Positions 33,607-42,703 of a stretch of 64,000 nt of DNA are shown piece after piece (positions within the stretch are counted from its first letter, which is position 1; each line of letters opens with the position of its first letter). Under the pieces are notes generated by a model. The model had not been told where the DNA came from, made no database searches, and saw only the letters and a list, made by a program, of their open reading frames with translations. Source of the stretch: Gemmatimonadota bacterium (GTDB lineage: Bacteria; Gemmatimonadota; Gemmatimonadetes; Palauibacterales; Palauibacteraceae); NCBI GenBank assembly GCA_963666735.1, contig OY762926.1, positions 928,001 to 992,000 on the forward strand, read 5' to 3'. The translations under genes and the position numbers were made by a program.

Positions 33607-34295
33607 CACCCCGCCCCTCCGGCCGTCGGCGGCGCGAGCCGGGCCCAGGCTCCGGCCGTCGCGCTCCCGTCGGTCAAATCGTCGGCCATGCGGGCCAGAT
33701 CGGCCGGACGGTCCACATCGTACCACGGCGGCAACCGCACACAATCGAGCCGCAGCGACGCGGCGCGCGCGCGCGTCCAGGCGAACAGCCCGGACGTCGA
33801 CCACGGGGCTCCGGCGAAGAGACCGCCGGCTCGCGGCCAGGCCGACTCGTGCAGGCCGACCGCGTAGTATCCGCCATCGAGACTCGGGCCAAGGGCCAGC
33901 GGGCTATCCGCCAGGGCCTCGAAAGCCCGCACGACGAAATCGGCCGGGAGCGTCGGATGGTCGCTTCCGAGCGCGACCGCGCGATCCGCACCCTCGTTGA
34001 AGACGCAGGCGAACGCCATCTCGAGCCGGTCACCGAGCGAACCTCCGGACTGCAGCCGGATGCGAGCCGCGGGGTACCGGGAACTCAGCCGCTCCAGAGC
34101 CCCCGGACGATCGGGGACCCACAACTCCACGGCCACCCCGTCCGGCGCGCGCTTCATGGCGTCATCGAGGAAGGCCTCGTACAGGACGGCGCTCCCCTCT
34201 CCCGTCAGCTCGGGATGGAGGCGCGTCTTGACATAGCCCGGCTCGGGCAGGCGGCCGAAGACGAGGAGTCTTCGACGCGAACGCTCACGGTTCAA
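33606..34295 (-). CDS. DUF2064 / TIGR04282-like glycosyltransferase (nucleotidyltransferase-like fold)
   Basis: PGYVKTRL, QSGGSLGDRL, GSDHP, LGPSLDGGYY, WST, DVD. Confidence 0.85.
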   Translation of the reverse strand: MNRERSRRRLLVFGRLPEPGYVKTRLHPELTGEGSAVLYEAFLDDAMKRAPDGVAVELWVPDRPGALERLSSRYPAARIRLQSGGSLGDRLEMAFACVFNEGADRAVALGSDHPTLPADFVVRAFEALADSPLALGPSLDGGYYAVGLHESAWPRAGGLFAGAPWSTSGLFAWTRARAASLRLDCVRLPPWYDVDRPADLARMADDLTDGSATAGAWARLAPPTAGGAG

Positions 34296-34326
34296 GGCGG
34301 GGTTCAGGCGCGCACCGACTCGCCGC

Positions 34327-34773
34327 TTAGCGGGTGTTGACCTCGATCACGCCGCCCTCGGCGCCCGGCCTCTGGTAGCGGACCGGAACCATGCTCTGGT
34401 GATACAGCCGGATCGACACGATTTCCTCCGCGGGGATCCGCCGCAGCGTGGTGACCGCGTCGTTCAGGTTGAAATCGCCATCCACGACCAGCAGCGGCAC
34501 GTAGTAGTCCCGCGTCTGCCGCCCGAAGAGACTGGAGCCGTCGTTGCCGCCCCGGAAGCCGATCCGGTCTTCGAAGATGATCAGTTCGCGGTGATGGGTG
34601 AGCGCCTCGTAGGCCGAGCGATACCCGGCGTCGCGGATCTCACTGCCGGTGATGATGAGCCGGCTGTACGTTCCGGGGCGAGGGTTGCCGGCGCACGCCG
34701 CTGCCGCGATCAGAACCGCCATCAGAGCCATCGTGGTTGCAATCACCGCCGACCGTCGCGTGCGCTGTCTCAT
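34327..34773 (-). CDS. Hypothetical lipoprotein, TonB-receptor plug-like
   Basis: Signal peptide ending AAAC; IITGSEI...SAYEAL...PLLVVDG...GGVIEVNTR resembles plug-domain motifs. Confidence 0.6.
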   Translation of the reverse strand: MRQRTRRSAVIATTMALMAVLIAAAACAGNPRPGTYSRLIITGSEIRDAGYRSAYEALTHHRELIIFEDRIGFRGGNDGSSLFGRQTRDYYVPLLVVDGDFNLNDAVTTLRRIPAEEIVSIRLYHQSMVPVRYQRPGAEGGVIEVNTR

Positions 34774-34857
34774 AGCTCGTCTCCTCCCATCCTGAATCTC
34801 CCCGCCGGCGCGATATGCCCTGTCCTCGCCGCCGACACGGGATGTTTCGCGGAACGC

Positions 34858-36531
34858 CTAGCGATCCCCGTCGGACTCGCCGCTCTCCGCGTCCGCGCCA
34901 TCCGCGCCGTCCGCACCCCGCTCCTCGGCCACGCGCGCCGCGACCGTGAGCAGCGCCTCCGGCGAATCGGCCTGCATCAGGAGGTCCATTGCGACCTGTA
35001 CCTGCGCATCACGCACGGCCCGGCTGCGGAGCTGGGGCACCTCCCCGAACTCCGCGCCGGCCAGCTCATCCGCGATGAGCCAGTCGACATAGGTTTGCGA
35101 CTGGTCGAAGAGTTCCCTCTCGATCTCGGCCCCCGCGTCCACGAGCGCCGTCCAGACTTCCTCCCGCATCCCCTGCGTGACGGAGAACCCCTCGTCGAAA
35201 TCGTAGTCGTTCGAGTACTCGACGGCCCACCGGAAGACGACGTTCCGCGGGATCGCCCCGGAGCGCGTCGCGAGACGCCGCAGTTCCTGTTCCTCGGTCG
35301 AAAGCGTGTCGCGGTAGACGATCAGGTCCGGCGTAATCCCGCCGCCTCCGTACACCGTCCGCCCGCCCGTCGTGCTGAACTCCTCCCGGTCTCCCGGCTC
35401 CGACCGCGCCGCGACCGGTTCCCCGGAAATCGCCACGGCGCTCGCCGCCAGGTCGCGGAGCGCGCGCTCGCGGTCGAAGTCCTTCGTGATGGAGCGGCCG
35501 GCCGGCGTGTACCAGCGGGCCGTCGTGACCTTCATGCTGTTGTTCCCGGAGAGCCCGTACAGCGTCTGCACGGATCCCTTGCCGAACGTCGTCGTGCCGA
35601 CGACGACGGCGCGGTCGTGATCCTGGAGCGCGCCGGCCACGATCTCGGACGCGCTCGCGCTGAGGCCATCCACGACGACGACGAGGGGAATGTCGGCGTA
35701 GCGGTCCTCGGAGGAGGCGCGGAACAGGTAGTTCTGCTCGTCCAGCCGGGACCGCGTTTCCACCACGGACTTGCCGCGCTCCAGGAAGAGATCCGTCACA
35801 TCGATGCCCGCCGGCAGCAGGCCGCCGGGGTTCCGCCGCAGGTCCAGGATCAGTCCGCCGGCTCCCTCATCGACGAGGCGGTCCAGCGTCGCGACCAGTT
35901 CCTCCTTCGCCTCGCGGCTGAAGCCGCGCAGCGTCACGTAGCCGACATCGCCGTCCAGGATGAAGCCCTGCGCCTGCGCCACCTGGATGACGTCGCGCAC
36001 GATACGGATCGCGAGCGGGCGGTCCACGCCTACCCGCGCGATCGTGATGCCGACCGGCGCCCCCCTCTCACCGCGCAGGGTGTCCACCGCCTTGTCCACC
36101 GACCACCCCTCGGCGGATTCGCCCTCGACCTCGATGATACGGTCGCCGACCTCGAGTCCCTCGCGGACGGCCGGCGAGTTCGGGAGCACCTGAACGACGG
36201 TGATCCAGTCGTCCTTCACGTCGATCCGGACGCCGAGTCCACCGTAGTTGCCCGTCGTGGTGAAACGAAGATCCTCGGAATCCCGGGGCTCGAGGAACGT
36301 GGTATACGGGTCGCCCAGATTGTCGAGCATCCCGTCGATCGCCATGCGATACAACTCGTCCGGCGAAATCTCGTCGACGAACCGGGCGGAGATCAGACGG
36401 TGGATCTCATCCAGGAGCCGGCGGCTTTCGCCGCCGCTCGCATCCCCGCTCTGATTTATCAGCCAGCCGCCGGTCGCGAGAGCGATGGCGCCGACCAGCA
36501 CTCCCGTCGTCCAGGATCGCTGCATTCTCAT
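34858..36531 (-). CDS. ctpA: S41-family carboxyl-terminal protease
   Basis: DPYT, PDZ domain (GLGV, SPA), DLRRNPGG, SASASEI, FGKGSVQ, GITPD. Confidence 0.92.
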   Translation of the reverse strand: MRMQRSWTTGVLVGAIALATGGWLINQSGDASGGESRRLLDEIHRLISARFVDEISPDELYRMAIDGMLDNLGDPYTTFLEPRDSEDLRFTTTGNYGGLGVRIDVKDDWITVVQVLPNSPAVREGLEVGDRIIEVEGESAEGWSVDKAVDTLRGERGAPVGITIARVGVDRPLAIRIVRDVIQVAQAQGFILDGDVGYVTLRGFSREAKEELVATLDRLVDEGAGGLILDLRRNPGGLLPAGIDVTDLFLERGKSVVETRSRLDEQNYLFRASSEDRYADIPLVVVVDGLSASASEIVAGALQDHDRAVVVGTTTFGKGSVQTLYGLSGNNSMKVTTARWYTPAGRSITKDFDRERALRDLAASAVAISGEPVAARSEPGDREEFSTTGGRTVYGGGGITPDLIVYRDTLSTEEQELRRLATRSGAIPRNVVFRWAVEYSNDYDFDEGFSVTQGMREEVWTALVDAGAEIERELFDQSQTYVDWLIADELAGAEFGEVPQLRSRAVRDAQVQVAMDLLMQADSPEALLTVAARVAEERGADGADGADAESGESDGDR

Positions 36532-36616
36532 GCATCCTCCGTGGTGGCAAGCCCGTATCGTGTCGGGCCGCGTTCGGGCGGGACTCCGCCGCTACCGTCA
36601 ATGTCACACCGCACCG

Positions 36617-37297
36617 TCAAAGAGGAAAGTTCGCCGCCCGGAAGCGGCGCGGAAGCCTCTCCTGCAGGAACGCCAGAATCCGGGCTTCCACCTCATCCGG
36701 CGTCCCGGAGCCGTCGACGAGCACGATCCTCTCGTCTTCCGCCGCCAGTTCTCGATACCCTTCCCGCACGCGCTCGCGGAACGATCGCTTCTCGAGTTCG
36801 ATTCGATCGGGAGCGGACGCGAAGAAGGTCAACTGGCCGGGGTCGTCCTCGTCCTGCCATTGGCGACCCAGGCCCACCTTCACGGGTACGTCGAGCACAA
36901 GATAAAGATCCGGAAGGAGGCCACCCGTCGCGGCGCGGGTGACCTGTTCGATCGTCTTCGCGTCGACTCCGCGCGCCCACCCCTGGTAAACCCGCGTGGA
37001 CAGCTCGAAGCGGTCGCAGAGGAGGACCTCGCCACGCTCCAGCGCGGGCCGGATCACCTCCTCGACATGAGCGCGGCGGGAGGCCGAAAACAGGAGCAGC
37101 TCGGCAATCCCGTCGAGCCGCAACTCCGGCCGGTCGAGGAGCACGCTCCGAATCGCCTCCGCCGCCGCCGTGCCGCCGGGTTCCCGCGTCACCGTGTGCG
37201 GCGCGCCGCCCGCGGACAGCCGCTCGGCCAGCCGGCCGATCTGGAGCGACTTCCCCGCCCCCTCCGGTCCCTCGAATACGAGGAAGCAGCCGTTCAT
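36617..37297 (-). CDS. tmk: Thymidylate kinase
   Basis: FEGPEGAGKS, TREPGG, CDRF, YQG, PDL, DRIE. Confidence 0.94.
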   Translation of the reverse strand: MNGCFLVFEGPEGAGKSLQIGRLAERLSAGGAPHTVTREPGGTAAAEAIRSVLLDRPELRLDGIAELLLFSASRRAHVEEVIRPALERGEVLLCDRFELSTRVYQGWARGVDAKTIEQVTRAATGGLLPDLYLVLDVPVKVGLGRQWQDEDDPGQLTFFASAPDRIELEKRSFRERVREGYRELAAEDERIVLVDGSGTPDEVEARILAFLQERLPRRFRAANFPL

Positions 37298-37309
37298 TCA
37301 ACCCTTCAT

Positions 37310-38632
37310 TCAGTCGTAGTACTCCACGCCGAGGTGGGTGATCTGCTTCTCCCCCATCAGCCAGCGCAACGTGTTCTTGAGTTTCCAGTGCTGGATGAAG
37401 ATGTCGTGTTCCGGATACAGGTCCGGGGCCGTCTGCGGCGCCTTGAAGTAGAAGGACAGCCATTCCTGGACTCCCGACAGTTCGGAGCGTGCCGCGAGGT
37501 CGAGAAAGAGCGCCAGATCCAGCACAATGGGGGCGGCCAGAATGGAGTCGCGGCACAGAAAGTCGATCTTGATCTGCATGCCGTACCCCATCCAGCCGAA
37601 TATGTCGAGATTGTCCCAGCCTTCCTTGTTGTCGCCCCGCGGCGGATAGTAGTTGATGCGGACCTTGTGATACATGTCCCCGTAGAGGTCCGGGTACATG
37701 TCCGGCTGCAGGATATATTCGAGCGCCCCGAGCTTCGACTCTTCCTTCGTCTTGAAACTCTCCGGGTCGTCGAGCACTTCGCCGTCCCGGTTGCCGAGGA
37801 TGTTCGTCGAGAACCAGCCGTTGAGGCCGAGCATGCGCGCCTTGAGGCCGGGAGCCAGAATCGTCTTCATCAGCGTCTGGCCGGTCTTGAAGTCCTTGCC
37901 CGCGATCGCGACGCCCCGTTCGGCGGCGAGCGCGAGAAGCGCGGGGATGTCGCAGGTCAGATTCGGCGCCCCGTTCGCGAACGGCACCCCCTCCATGAGC
38001 GCGGCCCACGCATAGAGCATCGAGGGCGCGATGTCGCGGTGGTTCTCCTCCATCGCGCGCTCGAAGGAGGCCACGCTATCGTGCGCAGGACTCGCCTTCA
38101 TGAAGATTTCGGTCGAAGCCGCCCACACCATCACGAGACGGTCGCAGCCGTTCTCCGCCTTGAACCGGCGGATGTCCTCGCGGAGTTGCTCGGCAAGCTC
38201 CCGCTTGTTCGCGCCCGTCTTCACGTTCGAGCCGTCGAGCTTCTTCACGTAGGCGCGGTCGAAGGCGGCCGGCATCGGCTCGATTCCGCGCATGAAGTCC
38301 GCGAGCGGATCGACGTCCTCGGGCCGAAGGACGCCGCATACCTTGGCGGACTTGTAGGCGTTGTCGGGAATCGGATCCCACGCGCCGAACACGAGGTCGT
38401 CGAGTCCGGCCAGCGGCACGAAATCGCCGATGAGCGGGGTTCGGTTCTCCGTTCGCTTACCGAGCCGGATCGTGTTCATCTGCGTGAGCGATCCGATGGG
38501 CCGGTTCCGCCCCCGGCGCGCCGCCTCCACGCCCGCGATGAAGGTGGTCGAGACCGCCCCGAGCCCTACGAGGAGAACGCCGAGCGTTCCTTCGGCGGGG
38601 GCAATGGTTGCAGGTGATCTATCCGAATCCAC
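37310..38632 (-). CDS. ino1: Inositol-3-phosphate synthase (MIPS)
   Basis: GLGAVSTT, WAASTE, NGAPN, GKDFKTGQT, NILGNRDG, YYPPRGDNKE, DSILAAP. Confidence 0.93.
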   Translation of the reverse strand: MDSDRSPATIAPAEGTLGVLLVGLGAVSTTFIAGVEAARRGRNRPIGSLTQMNTIRLGKRTENRTPLIGDFVPLAGLDDLVFGAWDPIPDNAYKSAKVCGVLRPEDVDPLADFMRGIEPMPAAFDRAYVKKLDGSNVKTGANKRELAEQLREDIRRFKAENGCDRLVMVWAASTEIFMKASPAHDSVASFERAMEENHRDIAPSMLYAWAALMEGVPFANGAPNLTCDIPALLALAAERGVAIAGKDFKTGQTLMKTILAPGLKARMLGLNGWFSTNILGNRDGEVLDDPESFKTKEESKLGALEYILQPDMYPDLYGDMYHKVRINYYPPRGDNKEGWDNLDIFGWMGYGMQIKIDFLCRDSILAAPIVLDLALFLDLAARSELSGVQEWLSFYFKAPQTAPDLYPEHDIFIQHWKLKNTLRWLMGEKQITHLGVEYYD

Positions 38633-38673
38633 GATGCCGGTTCACTCCGTGTCTGGTTCAGTTCGTGTCTGGT

Positions 38674-39330
38674 TCAGTTGGACTGCCGGGGCGGCTCGCC
38701 GTCGGGCCGCGTATTCCGGTACACCCACCAGATCCGCTGGAAGGCGGTCAGGTTGGTGAGGATCGCGAGCACGATGATCACGACCCTGAGGACGAGACCC
38801 CGGTGCCCGAACATGGTCGTCTCGCCGAAGATGAGCGCCGCGAAGCCGATCAGGATGACCCGTTCCGGGCGTTGCATGAGTCCGACGTAGCAGGCGATGC
38901 CGAGCGCCTCGGCCCGGGCGCGGGTGTAGCTGATCATCAGCGAGCCGGCCAGCGCGAGCACGATCCAGTAGATCATCCCCACGTCGCCCAGTTCGAGACG
39001 GTAGTCGTTGTACAGGGAGAGGAGTCCCAGGTATACGACGATCTCGGACAGCCGGTCGAGGGTCGAGTCGTAGAAGGCCCCAAAGGACGAGGCCAGACCC
39101 GTGCGGCGCGCGACCGTGCCGTCGAACAGGTCGAACACGCCGCCGAGGAGGACGAGGAAGCCGGCCGTGCTCACATGGTGCTGATGAAAGAAGTAGCCGG
39201 AACTGCAGGTGATGATGAAACCGAGCGTGCTGATGACGTTGGGGTGGACGCGGCGTCGCGTGAGCCACGCCATGGCCGGCTCGAAGATCGCGCGCAGCGC
39301 GCGTTCCCCCAGGTCGCGAGCCGTTCTCAT
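38674..39330 (-). CDS. CDP-alcohol phosphatidyltransferase, probable phosphatidylinositol-phosphate synthase
   Basis: HPNVIS, DLFDGTVARRTG...GAFYDSTLDR, SYTRARAE; adjacent to ino1. Confidence 0.85.
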   Translation of the reverse strand: MRTARDLGERALRAIFEPAMAWLTRRRVHPNVISTLGFIITCSSGYFFHQHHVSTAGFLVLLGGVFDLFDGTVARRTGLASSFGAFYDSTLDRLSEIVVYLGLLSLYNDYRLELGDVGMIYWIVLALAGSLMISYTRARAEALGIACYVGLMQRPERVILIGFAALIFGETTMFGHRGLVLRVVIIVLAILTNLTAFQRIWWVYRNTRPDGEPPRQSN

Positions 39331-39695
39331 GCCGGGAGGATGATCCTGCTTTCCTCGCCCTTCCGGACCCCCTCGCCGATCGCCCGGTCCACCCGCTCCA
39401 TGAGCTTCTCGAAGTTCGCCTGGGAGGAGACGAGGGCCTGGTAGCGGGTGTTCGTCTGGATCTTCTCCTGCAGTTCGGCGAACTCCCGTTCCTGCTCCTC
39501 GCTCGGCTGCTCGCCGCGGCCGACTGCTTCCATGAGCGTGCTTTGCAGATCGCGCATCCGGTTGAGCAGTTCCGTCGCGTCACGGTCCTCGTCGATCTCG
39601 CGGCGGGCCGCGCGCAGGTAGGCGTATTCGGGCAACTGCGAGATGATGCGCCCCACCTCCTGCGCCTTCTCCAGCATGCGGTCTCGTTCGTCCAT
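39327..39695 (-). CDS. YlbF/YmcA (Com_YlbF) family protein
   Basis: EKAQEVGRIISQLPEYAYL...D.DATELL...; all-helical, about 122 aa. Confidence 0.75.
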   Translation of the reverse strand: MDERDRMLEKAQEVGRIISQLPEYAYLRAARREIDEDRDATELLNRMRDLQSTLMEAVGRGEQPSEEQEREFAELQEKIQTNTRYQALVSSQANFEKLMERVDRAIGEGVRKGEESRIILPA

Positions 39696-39877
39696 GTCTC
39701 CGGCTCGAAACGGAAGTCGGGAAGCACCCCGGGCCGACGCGTCGGGCCGGCGGAGGGCGGAGGTTCGAATCGTCCGCGCCTTGACCGCTCGCCATCCGCG
39801 GGCCGAGGCCGATGATTCGACGCCCGAGTATAACCCGGCCCCGACCCCCACGCGACTTGAACGAGCCGGCGACGCGA

Positions 39878-40794
39878 CTAGCCGGAAACGGCCTTCCGCG
39901 CGCTCGCAAAGCGAGGACGGCCGGCAAGGTCCATCCCGATGCGGCCGTCGGAGAGCGATGCTTGAGCCTCAAGGAGATGGAGGACGGCGGGACCCTGCGA
40001 CATCCCGACCTCGAGAAACAGCGCGCCGCCTACACGGAGCCGTGCCGCGGCGACGGACACCACGGTTCGAATCACGTCCAGTCCGTCTTCTCCGCCATCG
40101 AGTGCGACGCGGGGCTCGTGATCCCGGACGACTGGGTCGAGGCCGGTCAGCTCCGAGGACGTGACGTAGGGTGGATTGGAGATGATGAGGTCGAAACGTT
40201 CGTCCGGAGAGAGCGCGGACCGAATGTCGGGCGCGCAGAGGCGCAGTTCGAGCCCCTCTGCCCCCTCCACGCCCGCGCGGCGGGCGTTCGCGCGGGCCAG
40301 GTCGAGCGCGTCCTCCGACACGTCGAGCCCGACGACGCGGTCGGCGATGCCCTCGTCGAGGAGCGCGATCGCGATGGCGCCCGAACCGACGCCGATGTCG
40401 AGGGCGTCCACGGGCGTCCCCCGGTCGCGATGCCAGAGGGCGACGAGGTCGAGCAGCTGCTCGGTCTCGGGACGCGGGATGAGGGCGCGGCCATCCGACA
40501 CCAGGCGCACACGCCGGAAGTCGACCGTGCCCTCGATGTGCTGGAGCGGCTGCCCCTCGAGACGGCGGGAGACCGCGCGCGCCACCGACGCGGCACCGGC
40601 CGGATCGACCCGCTCCCCGCCGGAGACGCCGAGTTCGCTCCGCGACAGGTCGAGCGCCGCCGCCACGAGCCGCTCGGCCTCGACGCGCGAGGCCTCCAGC
40701 CCGGCCAGCTCGAGTTCGCGCTGCACGCCCCGCACGATCTCGCGGCGCGTCGGACCCGCCGGGCGGCGTCCCGCCCCACCCGGCGGCGGTTCCA

Positions 40795-40798
<4 letters not shown>
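39878..40798 (-). CDS. prmC: Release factor glutamine methyltransferase
   Basis: PLQHI, LIPRPETE, DIGVGSGAI, NPPY, DGGEDG. Confidence 0.94.
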
Positions 40799-41880
<1,082 letters not shown>

Positions 41881-41896
41881 CGTTCGTTCCCTACAT

Positions 41897-41923
41897 GAAA
41901 ACGGGGTCCGCGAGGAACCCCGT
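41897..41923 (-). terminator. Putative intrinsic terminator between rpmE and prfA
   Basis: Minus strand ACGGGGTTCC-TCGC-GGACCCCGT followed by TTTC. Confidence 0.55.
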
Positions 41924-41987
41924 CATTTGAGTTTGCCGTACAGCCTGGCAATTCAGCTGGCAGTGTCGAGCGCTTGACGGCTCCGGC

Positions 41988-42269
41988 TCAGGCATCCACC
42001 ACCACTGCCGCCCCCGCCTCTTCCGGCGCCTCTTCCCTCGCCGTCTCCTCCTTCGCGCCGCCGCGGGCCTTCCCATCGCCGTACTTGGCAATGAAGCGCT
42101 CCACGCGGCCCGCGGTGTCGACGAGCTTCTGCCGGCCCGTGAAGAAGGGGTGGCAGTGCGAACAGATCTCGACGTGGATCTCGCCCACGGCCGAGGAGGT
42201 TTCCGTGTCCCGGCCACACGCACAGGTGATCTTCGCGGGTGCGTACTCCGGATGTATGCCTGCCTTCAT
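41988..42269 (-). CDS. rpmE: 50S ribosomal protein L31 (zinc-binding type, acidic C-terminal tail)
   Basis: [32 protein letters not shown]. Confidence 0.95.
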   Translation of the reverse strand: MKAGIHPEYAPAKITCACGRDTETSSAVGEIHVEICSHCHPFFTGRQKLVDTAGRVERFIAKYGDGKARGGAKEETAREEAPEEAGAAVVVDA

Positions 42270-42329
42270 GTCTTCTCCACATGCTGGGTTTCTGCTTCCC
42301 GGCGGACGTCTTCTGCGGAACAACCACAC

Positions 42330-42359
42330 AACTTAGCCGGAACGGGGCGGCCGCGGCAA
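42330..42359 (-). promoter_or_regulatory. Putative sigma70 promoter of rpmE
   Basis: TTGCCG-N18-TAAGTT on the minus strand. Confidence 0.45.
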
Positions 42360-42394
42360 ACCGAAGACGAACCCCCGCCCGTGCCGCCGGGACC

Positions 42395-42703
42395 GTGCAC
42401 GCGACAGAGCATCTGCCCGCTGCCGACTTCGAGACGGTGGGCGACATTCGCGTGCGCTGGCTGGAAGAAGAGGGACGCATCCGCCGATTCGTCGCGGAAC
42501 TCGGCCCTGGGGACATCGACCGCGTGATGGACTACCGGTTCTTCGATGGCGAACCGATGCGTGCCGTCTTCCGGCACATGTTGCAGCACGTCGTCAACCA
42601 CGCCACCTACCACCGCGGACAGGTGACGACGATGCTGCGCCAGCTCGGCGCCGAGCCGCCCCGGAACCAGGGCCTCATCGGCTTCTATCTCGAGCAGGCC
42701 TAG
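42395..42703 (+). pseudogene. 5'-truncated DinB/YfiT-family gene
   Basis: C-terminal signature MLQHVVNHATYHRGQVTTMLRQLG is present; the N-terminal third is missing and the rpmE promoter leaves no room for it. Confidence 0.7.

Noticed and set aside
39759..39775. GGAGGTTCGAATCGTCC, a tRNA T-arm-like sequence
   Set aside because: The stem has a mismatch, and no acceptor stem, D arm, anticodon arm or properly placed CCA could be built.
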